Assembly (NCBI RefSeq): GCF_030253515.1
Contig: NZ_CP124549.1
Location: 330,001-362,000, forward strand
Length of the DNA stretch: 32,000 nt
Source of the DNA: Candidatus Nanosynbacter lyticus
Lineage (GTDB): Bacteria > Patescibacteriota > Saccharimonadia > Saccharimonadales > Saccharimonadaceae
Direction of reading: 5' to 3'
Part shown: positions 1-8,267 of the stretch, piece by piece
Numbering within the stretch: position 1 is the first letter of the stretch
How the letters are laid out: every line of letters begins with the position of its first letter
Made by a program: the position numbers and the translations under genes
The notes under the pieces: generated by a model
The model's database searches: none
What the model was told of the DNA's origin: nothing
Seen by the model: the letters and a program-made list of their open reading frames with translations, nothing else

Positions 1-2
1 CC

Positions 3-1043
3 ATGGGCTTTCGCTCTCGCGTGACGATTGTGCGCGACAAATACGACCGAACAAAAATTAAACGACAGATTGGTGGCCGAAAAATGACTGCCAAAATGAT
101 TGATCAATACACTAGTAAATTGGTATATTGCGGTATTATTAAGGAAAAATGGACGTATGATAAGCCAGTTAAAGCGCAGTTTGATGGGCTCGTTAGCGTG
201 GATTTATTCAACGAAGCTAATCGCGGCCGAGTCTTCGTGGAGATTGATAGCCATGATAGTATCACCATTAAACGTAAGGCTGTTCCGAATCATTTGAAAA
301 GTAAACAAGTTTATAACCCAGATTATCCATATAAGCAGGTAGTTGCCTGTCCTAAATGCGGTAAGACACTATCTGGTAGCGCTCGTGGCAAGCTCGGTAA
401 ACACTATCCAGCTTATCACTGCAGTCGCGATGGCCATTACTTCCGTGTGTCGAAGCCTGAATTTGATAAGACGATAGAAGACTTTGTGAGGGCTATTACT
501 ATCAAGCCAGAGTATGTTGACGATGTTATCGCCGCCATCGCTGAATTGTGGCGCGAACGTCAGGCCAAGCAGATTGATGCTAGTAGGCAACGCCTAGAGC
601 ACCGCGAGAGCTTGCAAAGCCAAATCAAGGTAACCGTTGATCGGATGTGTATTGTCACAAGCGAGACAGCCCTAAAATACCTTGAAGAGGATATTGTTAG
701 CGTCGAAAAAGAATTAGCAGAGCTGGATGAAGAAATTGCTAGGCAGCCGAATTTACAAGCTGAATTTGACCAAGTTTTGCAATATGCAAAATATATTTTG
801 GAACACCTTTCAGAGCTGCTACTTGACCTCTGTAATCCACTGCGAAAAGCCGCTTTTTTCGGTGCTATATTCAACAAGCTTCCAACCTACGAACAAATAA
901 ACTTTGGAACCCACAAAAACAGCCCACCACCAGAGGTAAACGAGCTATTTCAAATCCGAACGGAATACAAATCCCTGTATGGTGACCCTACCGGGAATCG
1001 AACCCGGGTTGCTGGGATGAGAACCCAGTGTCCTAACCGCTAG
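3..1043 (+). CDS. Large serine recombinase/integrase, C-terminal portion (5' end lies outside the window)
   Basis: ORF is open to the window edge. It has a zinc-ribbon pattern (CPKCG...AYHCS) typical of the recombinase zinc beta-ribbon domain, followed by an acidic coiled-coil stretch (VEKELAELDEEIARQ). GC is low (hand count about 37% on one 60-nt line). The last ~21 codons are antisense to tRNA-Glu. Confidence 0.75.
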   Translation: MGFRSRVTIVRDKYDRTKIKRQIGGRKMTAKMIDQYTSKLVYCGIIKEKWTYDKPVKAQFDGLVSVDLFNEANRGRVFVEIDSHDSITIKRKAVPNHLKSKQVYNPDYPYKQVVACPKCGKTLSGSARGKLGKHYPAYHCSRDGHYFRVSKPEFDKTIEDFVRAITIKPEYVDDVIAAIAELWRERQAKQIDASRQRLEHRESLQSQIKVTVDRMCIVTSETALKYLEEDIVSVEKELAELDEEIARQPNLQAEFDQVLQYAKYILEHLSELLLDLCNPLRKAAFFGAIFNKLPTYEQINFGTHKNSPPPEVNELFQIRTEYKSLYGDPTGNRTRVAGMRTQCPNR

Positions 1044-1054
1044 ACGATAGGGCC
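980..1054 (-). tRNA. tRNA-Glu (anticodon CTC), CCA encoded
   Basis: The reverse complement reads GGCCCTA TC GTCT AGCGGTTA GGAC A CTGGG TTCTCAT CCCAG CAAC CCGGG TTCGATT CCCGG TAGGGTC A CCA. This is a full cloverleaf with a TTCGA T-loop and is close to the E. coli tRNA-Glu D-arm pattern. Confidence 0.88.
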
Positions 1055-1071
1055 GCGTAAGCTACCGGGCC

Positions 1072-1080
1072 ATTATAGCA
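1072..1080 (-). promoter_or_regulatory. Extended -10 box TGCTATAAT upstream of tRNA-Glu
   Basis: The minus strand reads caTGCTATAATggcccgg, about 18 nt upstream of the mature tRNA 5' end. Confidence 0.55.
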
Positions 1081-1097
1081 TGGTTAGCTGGGGGCGT

Positions 1098-1472
1098 CTA
1101 GCCCATTTGGTTGACGACGTCGATCAGCTTGCGGGGCGTGATGTCGGCCTTGATGAGGTAGCCGTCGACGCGGTTCATGATGGCGGATTTGGTGGCGTCG
1201 TCTTGCTCAAAGTTAGTCATGATGAGGATTTTACTGTTGGGAATCAGGTCGGTATCATCAGAGCGCAGGGCGTCTAGAATTTGGTCGCCGCGCTGTTCGG
1301 GCAGCATCAAGTCAAGGATGATCAAGTCAAACGGCTGACTCCGGGCCATGACCAGCCCGTCATTACCATCGACCACCCAGGTCACGTCATAGCCAGCTTT
1401 TTGCAGGCTGCGCACATACATCTCGCCGATAAAGCGGTCGTCCTCCACGCACAAGATTGTTTTGATTGCCAT
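1098..1472 (-). CDS. Single-domain response regulator (CheY-like receiver only)
   Basis: 124 aa. It has acidic-pocket residues (VEDD, DLIILDLMLP) and a conserved Lys region (YLIKA), with no output domain. ATG start is preceded by GAGGAGGGAAGT. The upstream kinase gene stops 13 nt before it. Confidence 0.9.
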   Translation of the reverse strand: MAIKTILCVEDDRFIGEMYVRSLQKAGYDVTWVVDGNDGLVMARSQPFDLIILDLMLPEQRGDQILDALRSDDTDLIPNSKILIMTNFEQDDATKSAIMNRVDGYLIKADITPRKLIDVVNQMG

Positions 1473-1484
1473 ACTTCCCTCCTC

Positions 1485-3041
1485 TTATCCTCGATACATA
1501 GCGTGATTTTTTATCCAGCCACCGCCCTGGCGGATCAGATTGCGATTGAGCTGTCCGTCCTCGAGTAGCTTGTCCTTAACGGCGGCGTACACCGGCACAG
1601 TAAACGAAAAGACCGAGCCTTCGTTTTCTTTGGAGCGAGCGGTGATGTGACCGCCATGGCTCTCGATAAAGGCCTTGCAGATATAGAGGCCGATGCCGGT
1701 GCCAGAGACGGTTTCGCGGCTGCGGTGCGAGCGGTAGAATTTGTGAAATAGATTTTTGACGACGCTCGGCGGCATACCGACGCCATTGTCAGCGACAGAG
1801 ACTTCGATAAAGTCACCTTTTTGTTCGGCGCTGACAGAGACAGTGCCGCCCTCAAAACTGTATTTGATGGCGTTGTCGATGAGGTTAGAGATGACCTCGC
1901 TGATGCTGGAGCGGTCGGCAGCGATGGTTGGCAGGTCGGAGGGGATGCTGATGTTGAGCAAGCGGTGCTGCGTCGATGCGCGTAGCTGCATGTCGTCGGC
2001 GATTGAGCCGTAGATGTCAGACAGCGAGTCCTCGGCGAGGTGGATACTGAGATGGTGGCGGTCGAACTTGGCGACGTTGAGAATGTTATTGATATAACCA
2101 GACAAGCGATTAGCAGAGACCGTCAGCCGCGCCAGCAGCTGCGGCTCATCACCTTTGAGTCGGCCGGCCAGCTCCTCGGCGAGGACGTCGAGATAACCGC
2201 GGATGATGGTGATCGGGCCACGGAGTTCGTGGGCGGCGAAGGAGATGAAATTGAGGTCTTCTTCCTCGGGTAGGTACTGGGCCGAGCGGTCGATGAGGAC
2301 GATGACGGTCTCGCCGGGTGCGTCTTTTTGGTAGGAGGCGATGATGTCAAAGAAGCGAGTTTTTTTGAAGGCACCGTTGGTAGTGGCAACGCGGCGCCAG
2401 GTACGCTCGGCGGAGAGTTGGCGGGCGTCGGCGTCGCTGAGCCAATTTTTGAGCGACTGCTCGTTGAGAAAATCCAGCGCCAGATACGGCTGGCCATCAG
2501 CATTAGTGGCGATCGGGGCGGCCTTGTTGGCGGAGATGATGCGCTTGGCGGGATCGAGGACGACGATGCCACAGCTGGTGTGATTGAGCGCTTGGGTCAG
2601 TAGCGCGTCGGGACTTGGCGGCGGTGCGGGCTGGGCCGGCTCGTCGTAGATGAGTTCAAGGACGGTCTTGAAGCCGGTTTTGGCGTGTTGCTCGGCGTTC
2701 GGATTTGGTAGAGGCGTGGTGGTGCGCTCGCCGCGTTTATGAATCAGGGCGGTCAAGATATCATCAAGCGGCCGGCCGGCAATAATGATCAACATGGTCG
2801 AAAGAAAGCTGCCGACAATGAAAATCGTACCAGTAATTAACCAGAACGCTGGGTGATTCCACGAGGTAAGACCAGTGATATTGAGGACGACACCACTGAT
2901 GAGCGCCACCGCCATCTGCCCGGCCAGTGCACAAGCGAACAACATGCGCCGGTGGTATCGTCGAAAGCTACAGATTGACGTGCCGCCAGTCGCTACTGCC
3001 ACGTGACGGATCCCCGCCCGGGCGTAAACACGCCGATCCAT
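1485..3041 (-). CDS. Membrane sensor histidine kinase
   Basis: H-box FAAHELRGPIT, N-box NLIDNAIKY, G-boxes DNGVGMP and GTGIGLYICK, and two N-terminal TM helices. The start is uncertain: ATG at 3041 overlaps the upstream gene by 49 nt; an alternative ATG at 2945 does not. Confidence 0.88.
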   Translation of the reverse strand: MDRRVYARAGIRHVAVATGGTSICSFRRYHRRMLFACALAGQMAVALISGVVLNITGLTSWNHPAFWLITGTIFIVGSFLSTMLIIIAGRPLDDILTALIHKRGERTTTPLPNPNAEQHAKTGFKTVLELIYDEPAQPAPPPSPDALLTQALNHTSCGIVVLDPAKRIISANKAAPIATNADGQPYLALDFLNEQSLKNWLSDADARQLSAERTWRRVATTNGAFKKTRFFDIIASYQKDAPGETVIVLIDRSAQYLPEEEDLNFISFAAHELRGPITIIRGYLDVLAEELAGRLKGDEPQLLARLTVSANRLSGYINNILNVAKFDRHHLSIHLAEDSLSDIYGSIADDMQLRASTQHRLLNISIPSDLPTIAADRSSISEVISNLIDNAIKYSFEGGTVSVSAEQKGDFIEVSVADNGVGMPPSVVKNLFHKFYRSHRSRETVSGTGIGLYICKAFIESHGGHITARSKENEGSVFSFTVPVYAAVKDKLLEDGQLNRNLIRQGGGWIKNHAMYRG

Positions 3042-4132
3042 GTTTGGCCGCGACCCAGGGTAAAGTCTTTGCCATTTTCGTCAAGCAGTTTGAGCGGTGC
3101 GGTGAGGCTGTCTTTCTTCCAGGTGATGGCGGTAGCGGTGCCGTTTTGGAAGACGGTCGCCTTGCCCGAGCCAATGGTGACGGTGTCCTCGTAGCCATCT
3201 GGCCCGACGCGTCGCTCGAGCGGTGCTTCGAGAGCGATGACCACGCGTGGGGCGATCTGGCCGCCTTCCCGGTCGGCGTGCGGTGCGCCAGCTAGCGAGC
3301 GTTTGTAGGTGTTGGTCGCTTTGTCATAGGCGTAAGCGGTGTTGTACGTGCCGCCGCTAAAGTTGAGCTGGATGGTGGTGGCATTTGGCGTCTCGACTGG
3401 CTTGCCATCGCCACGCTTGAAGCCGGTAAATGATGATTCTTTAAAGCCCTTGCTGGCGTTGAGGGCATCAAGTTTCTCACCGGATGTGTAGACATTGTGT
3501 GGGGCGCGACGGTCGCTGGCTCGCCAATAACTGCCGCCATTAAAGAATTGGTCGATGTCGCGGTAGCCGCTGCTGCGGACGGTATCGAGGGCATTTGAGC
3601 TGCCGCCAACATGGGCGATGGAGGCTTGGTATTGCGCGCCCCAGCTGAGGTAATAGAGGCGGAGGCTACGAACTGGGCCGATGAGGGCTGGCTTGGCACC
3701 CTGATAAACGGCGAGGAAGCGCGTGATGCCGCCCTCGGCGACAGCCTCGTAGACGATGCCAGCTCTCGATAGGCCGGACTGTGGGCGAGCGTCGGGGCTG
3801 TTCTCGATCATGACGCCAGTGACGGGCTGCTTGGTGGCTGCTTCATCAGCGACTTCGAGGCCGGTGAGCGGTGAGTAGAATTTGGTTGGCTTTTTCTTGG
3901 CAGTGAAGAACGGTAGGCCGCCATCGTGCTGGACGGAATTGATAGCGAAAATAAAGATACCAGCGATGACCAGCGAGGTAGTAATTAAGACGATCACCCA
4001 CAAGTGCTTTTTGCACCACTGGACAAACGAGCGTTTTTTGGCCGGGACGTTTGGTGACGCCTGCTCAAGTTTAGCTGATGTTACCGTCGGTTTTTGGGCC
4101 GCGGTGGCTGGGCGAGGATTCTTGATGTACAT
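2993..4132 (-). CDS. DUF3048 (YerB-like) membrane-anchored protein
   Basis: N-terminal TM helix, then the family core IENSPDARPQSGLSRAGIVYEAVAEGGITRFLAVY...GPVRSLR recalled from DUF3048/YerB proteins. Confidence 0.8.
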   Translation of the reverse strand: MYIKNPRPATAAQKPTVTSAKLEQASPNVPAKKRSFVQWCKKHLWVIVLITTSLVIAGIFIFAINSVQHDGGLPFFTAKKKPTKFYSPLTGLEVADEAATKQPVTGVMIENSPDARPQSGLSRAGIVYEAVAEGGITRFLAVYQGAKPALIGPVRSLRLYYLSWGAQYQASIAHVGGSSNALDTVRSSGYRDIDQFFNGGSYWRASDRRAPHNVYTSGEKLDALNASKGFKESSFTGFKRGDGKPVETPNATTIQLNFSGGTYNTAYAYDKATNTYKRSLAGAPHADREGGQIAPRVVIALEAPLERRVGPDGYEDTVTIGSGKATVFQNGTATAITWKKDSLTAPLKLLDENGKDFTLGRGQTWIGVFTPGRGSVTWQ

Positions 4133-4147
4133 AGGTTTAGTATAGCA
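4133..4147 (-). promoter_or_regulatory. Extended -10 TGCTATACT placed 6 nt before the ATG (leaderless-type promoter)
   Basis: The minus strand reads tTGCTATACTaaacctATG. Confidence 0.55.
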
Positions 4148-4219
4148 TAAGCGGCGTATCCGGTAAACGGAGCGATGCGCTCGCTGATCGAAGTATTTCG
4201 ATATACAACCTGCCCCGAA

Positions 4220-5653
4220 TTACGCCGCCGAGAACGCGGCAATTCCCCGCTCAAGCCGCGCCAACGTGCGCTCGCGGCCGAGCAGCGCCAGCGTGTCACT
4301 CAGCTGCGGGCTGAACGGCGCCCAGGTGATGGCGATGCGGATGAGGCTAAAGAGAATGCCGGGCTTTTGGCCGGTAATTTCTAGCAGTTCGTTCAGCCGA
4401 GTTTGAATTGCGTCTGGTGTCCAGTCGGTGAGCGTGGCGAGTTTGTGGTGGGCAGTCTCTAGTAATTCGCGCCGCTCATGCTCGGGTAATTTCTTGAGCT
4501 GTTTGTTGCTATCGATGAGCTCCATGTTAATCTCAGGCTCTGCAAAAAAGTAGCCAAACCCGCCGAGATCACGCAGGGTTTTCAAGCGATCTTGCACCAG
4601 TGCCAAGACGCGTTGGCGATATTCTTCGTCTGCCCCGGCGGCGCTGTCTGGCCAAAAATCATTGACTCGCCCAGCTAAGTCATCCAGCGCGAGCGAGCGG
4701 ATAAATTGCCCATTCGTCCACAGTAGCCGCTTTTCGTCAAAGCGAGCGCCCGAGCGCTGCACGCGGCTGAGGCTGAATTTGGTTATCAACTCGTTCATAG
4801 TGAAGGTCTCTTGCTCGGTGCCGTCGTTCCAGCCCATGGTGGCGATGAAACTATCCAGCGCCTCTGGCAGATAGCCGTCGCGGATATAATCTAGCACGTC
4901 TTTGGCGCCGTCGCGCTTGCCTAATTTCTTGTTGCCCTGCTCGTTCATGATATGCGGCAGATGCGCGAAAACAGGCCGCGGCAATCCTAATGCCTCGTAG
5001 AGTGCCAGATAATTTGGCATACTCGAGATGAACTCTTGGCCGCGAATAACGTGGGTGATATTCATCTCGGCGTCGTCGATGATGTGGGCAAAATTATAGG
5101 TCGGGTAGCCGTCGGACTTGATGAGGATGAAGTCGTCAACTACCTCGGGGCTGGTGGTGACGTCACCCATGACCTCGTCGTGGTAGGTATAGCTTTTGGG
5201 CTCAGCCTTGAAGCGCAGCGGCATCGTGCCGTCCCACTCCGGTGGATTGTTAGGGCGATGGTCACGGTAGCGGAAGGCGCGCTTCTCGGCCTGGGCGGCG
5301 TCGCGAAATGCTTGGATTTGCTCAGGTGTGTAGGGATCAGCGTAGGCGCGGCCGGCGTCGATTAGTTTCTGCGCCCACTGGCGGTAATGTTCGAGCCGCT
5401 GGCTTTGGATGTATGGCCCGTATGGCCCACCAATGTCCGGGCCTTCGTCGTAGTCGAGGTGCAGTGCCTTGAGACTGGCGATCAGATGCTCGCGGCTGCC
5501 GGCAACTTCGCGGACCTTGTCAGTGTCTTCGAGGCGCAGGATAAATTGGCCGCCAGCCTGCCGGGCGACGAGAAAAGCAAATAATGCCGTGCGAATGCCG
5601 CCAACATGCAAAAACCCTGTTGGCGAGGGTGCGAAACGAGTGCGTGTAGTCAT
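4220..5653 (-). CDS. gltX: Glutamyl-tRNA synthetase
   Basis: Class I signature RFAPSPTGFLHVGG (HIGH variant), KMSKS-like KLGKRDG, and full-length similarity to GltX. Confidence 0.95.
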   Translation of the reverse strand: MTTRTRFAPSPTGFLHVGGIRTALFAFLVARQAGGQFILRLEDTDKVREVAGSREHLIASLKALHLDYDEGPDIGGPYGPYIQSQRLEHYRQWAQKLIDAGRAYADPYTPEQIQAFRDAAQAEKRAFRYRDHRPNNPPEWDGTMPLRFKAEPKSYTYHDEVMGDVTTSPEVVDDFILIKSDGYPTYNFAHIIDDAEMNITHVIRGQEFISSMPNYLALYEALGLPRPVFAHLPHIMNEQGNKKLGKRDGAKDVLDYIRDGYLPEALDSFIATMGWNDGTEQETFTMNELITKFSLSRVQRSGARFDEKRLLWTNGQFIRSLALDDLAGRVNDFWPDSAAGADEEYRQRVLALVQDRLKTLRDLGGFGYFFAEPEINMELIDSNKQLKKLPEHERRELLETAHHKLATLTDWTPDAIQTRLNELLEITGQKPGILFSLIRIAITWAPFSPQLSDTLALLGRERTLARLERGIAAFSAA

Positions 5654-5668
5654 GGGGTGATTATAGCA
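5654..5668 (-). promoter_or_regulatory. Extended -10 TGCTATAAT placed 6 nt before the gltX ATG
   Basis: The minus strand reads gcgTGCTATAATcaccccATG. Confidence 0.6.
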
Positions 5669-5721
5669 CGCGGGCGCGGCGCTGGTAAACGTGAGGGGTG
5701 CCTGCGTGCTTACGGGGCTGA

Positions 5722-6666
5722 TTATAAACTAGTGGCGATTTTGGTGACTTGCTCGCTTGACAATGCCCCGCCGAGGGTGATTTGGTAGAGGACGCCGCCA
5801 TTGATCCAGCTGGCCGTCCGGTCGGTGCTGTAAATAGTCAGACCGCCGGCGGTGGTAGTTTGGACGTCGCCGCCGTCAGCGGTCAGAGTCTCTTTGAGGG
5901 CGGCGGAGTTGAGTGAGCTTTTTTGCTGGGTGATGGTGTAGGATTGGCCGCCGTCAGCGTAGGCAAATTTCATGCGGACTTCCCCGCTCTTGAAGGTAAT
6001 TGGGCCACTCAGCGCATAGCCACTTGGGCGGTAGCCGGGGTATTTGGCGTTGATACCAGATTGGATGGCGGCGATGCGGGTGGAGATATTGGGCATACCG
6101 AGATACGTGAAATAACCGCCGATTAGCATGATAGCCAAGCCGACGGAGGCGACTTGCAACCAGCGACCCATGCGACTCTTTGGTTTTTTGGCGCGGCGCG
6201 GTGCTTTTGGCGGGGTGGTAGCGCGCTGCAGGGCTTCGGTGATGGCTTCATGCTTGAGAACGGCAGCTGGCTTGGGCGCGAGGGTCGCAGGATGCTGCTT
6301 GGTTGGAGCTTGGTTTGGTTTAACGATACGAGTCGAGTGATGGTGTGATGTGGCTGGACTGCGGCGAGTTGCAGTTCGGGTGGTCTGATGAGGCTGTTGG
6401 GCAGCGCGAGCTTGAGCGCGCACCATGGTCGGGTGCGGTTCGGCAGGACGGTCACGCTTGGTTGGTTGCAGCTGGACACTCGGCACGCTCGGCGCAAATT
6501 TATTGACATGAACACTCATCGGGACGGAGGTGTCGCGCGTGATGTCGAGGCGACTGGCCAGGCGACGCTTGGCATGTGACGGCGCGGCGACATGGCGGCG
6601 ACTGAGTGTCGTTGATTTTTGGCCGGCAGTTTTGTGGACGGTTTTATGGATGATTTGTTTGTTCAT
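5722..6666 (-). CDS. Hypothetical single-pass membrane protein with a basic, Pro/Thr/Ala-rich N-terminal region and a small extracytoplasmic C-terminal domain
   Basis: 314-aa ORF with ATG preceded by GAGGGG. It has a TM helix (WLQVASVGLAIMLIGGYFTYLG). No family was recognised with confidence. Confidence 0.6.
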   Translation of the reverse strand: MNKQIIHKTVHKTAGQKSTTLSRRHVAAPSHAKRRLASRLDITRDTSVPMSVHVNKFAPSVPSVQLQPTKRDRPAEPHPTMVRAQARAAQQPHQTTRTATRRSPATSHHHSTRIVKPNQAPTKQHPATLAPKPAAVLKHEAITEALQRATTPPKAPRRAKKPKSRMGRWLQVASVGLAIMLIGGYFTYLGMPNISTRIAAIQSGINAKYPGYRPSGYALSGPITFKSGEVRMKFAYADGGQSYTITQQKSSLNSAALKETLTADGGDVQTTTAGGLTIYSTDRTASWINGGVLYQITLGGALSSEQVTKIATSL

Positions 6667-6737
6667 GAACCCCTCGTATTCCTAATGCTTATATTTTATT
6701 GTACAAAGAGGACATGCTTTTTGCAAGGGGCGAAATG

Positions 6738-6754
6738 TGGTATAATCTCTCATT
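6738..6754 (+). promoter_or_regulatory. Extended -10 TGGTATAAT placed 8 nt before the ATG
   Basis: Sequence reads aTGGTATAATctctcattATG. Confidence 0.55.
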
Positions 6755-8242
6755 ATGTATCGAAAACAAAAGCGTGGTCTAGAACTTGCTCGGAGGACAC
6801 TGATTTATACCATTATGGTGCTGACGGTGTGTATATTGGCGTTCATTTTGATTTTTCATACGCTTGGCTATCAGCTGAATCTTAAGACGCAGACGGTTGA
6901 GCAGCGGGCGCTGGTGCAGTATGATTCGCGGCCGCAAGGCGCACGGGTGTTTGTCGATGGCACGGAGCTTGGCAAGACACATATTAAAGGCATGCTTCCT
7001 GAGGGGCAGCATCAATTTTCCATGCGCCTGGACGGCTATGACGAGTGGCGCAAGGTCGTCGAGGTTAAGGCCGGGACACTGACCTGGCTATCATATGCGC
7101 GGCTGGTACCGAGTGAGCGGGTGGTGAGTTCGGTCAAGGAATTTTCGTCGCTGGCCTCAGTGCGATTTTCGCCAAATTGGCGGTTCATGCTGGGTGTGAT
7201 GCAAGCGACCGATGCGCCGAAGATCGTCTGGGGCGATTTGCGCGATTCGGATAAGCCAAAGTTTAATGAGGTGACATTGGATACGTCGGTGGTGGCGGGT
7301 TACGGCGGTCAGTCAACAGCGCATGCACTCAAGATTGTTGAGTGGGATTCGGGCAACCGCTACGCCATTCTCAAACACACCTATGTGGTCGAAGGCCAAG
7401 GCGAAAAAGTCCAGTGGCTGAAAGTCGACCGCGAGAATAAAACAGTCGTTGATATCGCGAAAGTGATTGGGCTGGAGCTACGAGAAGTGCGCTTCCTCGG
7501 TGAGAGCGGCAACGAACTATACATACTACAGTCGAGCGGCGAACTGCGGCGAGCGGACCTGAACGCAGCAACGATTTCTGCGCCGCTGATCAGTCATGTG
7601 CAATCGTTCTCGGTGTATGGTACGGATTATATCACCTACGTTGGGACGAATGGCACGAGCAAGTTGCAGCTGGCGGGCATTTGGCGCAAGGACTGGACTG
7701 AGCCAGTGGTCGTGCGGCGACAGACTGAGGCGGAGGCCTCGACGCCGTTGATGATCAAGTTCTCGCGCTATGATAATAAAGACGTGCTGGTGGTTGGCGT
7801 TGGTTCAACAGTGACGCTGCACACCGGCGCGGCGCTGGACGGGTCGAGCTCGTCGGCAGCAAAGCTACTCAGCCGCGTCAAGTCTATTACCGTCGGCGAG
7901 CAATTAGCTGAGCTTGATCTGAGCGGCACTGGGCGGTTTGTCTTGATGCGAACGGGGGCTGGTTTTATGAGTTATGATATTGAACGGCAGTCGATGTCGC
8001 ACGATACGGCGCTGCCGACGGGGACGGTGCTTGACTGGCTGGATGATTATCACGTGTGGAGTGTTGAGGGTGGCAAGCTGGTGATGCGCGAGTTCGACGG
8101 CGCTAATCAGTCAACGATGCTCGAGGCCAGCGAAGGGTTTGATGCGTCACTGTCGCACGACGGCGACTGGTTGTATGCTTTCCGTCGAGCCGATAACGGC
8201 ACGGTGACGATGTCGCGGCTGCGAATGACGATCAAGCGCTAA
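6755..8242 (+). CDS. PEGA-domain membrane protein with a large extracytoplasmic region
   Basis: N-terminal TM helix, then a PEGA-like module SRPQGARVFVDGTELGKTHIKGMLPEGQHQFSMRLDGYDEW, then about 370 aa of beta-rich sequence. Confidence 0.75.
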   Translation: MYRKQKRGLELARRTLIYTIMVLTVCILAFILIFHTLGYQLNLKTQTVEQRALVQYDSRPQGARVFVDGTELGKTHIKGMLPEGQHQFSMRLDGYDEWRKVVEVKAGTLTWLSYARLVPSERVVSSVKEFSSLASVRFSPNWRFMLGVMQATDAPKIVWGDLRDSDKPKFNEVTLDTSVVAGYGGQSTAHALKIVEWDSGNRYAILKHTYVVEGQGEKVQWLKVDRENKTVVDIAKVIGLELREVRFLGESGNELYILQSSGELRRADLNAATISAPLISHVQSFSVYGTDYITYVGTNGTSKLQLAGIWRKDWTEPVVVRRQTEAEASTPLMIKFSRYDNKDVLVVGVGSTVTLHTGAALDGSSSSAAKLLSRVKSITVGEQLAELDLSGTGRFVLMRTGAGFMSYDIERQSMSHDTALPTGTVLDWLDDYHVWSVEGGKLVMREFDGANQSTMLEASEGFDASLSHDGDWLYAFRRADNGTVTMSRLRMTIKR

Positions 8243-8267
8243 GTGCTAATTTGAATCTTATTGTGCT

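Larger units (their letters stand above)
1..1054. mobile_element. Probable junction of an integrated element (body upstream of the window) with its tRNA-Glu attachment site
   Basis: A low-GC recombinase gene abuts and overlaps the 3' half of a tRNA gene. GC rises immediately beyond the tRNA. The other end of the element is not visible. Confidence 0.4.
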
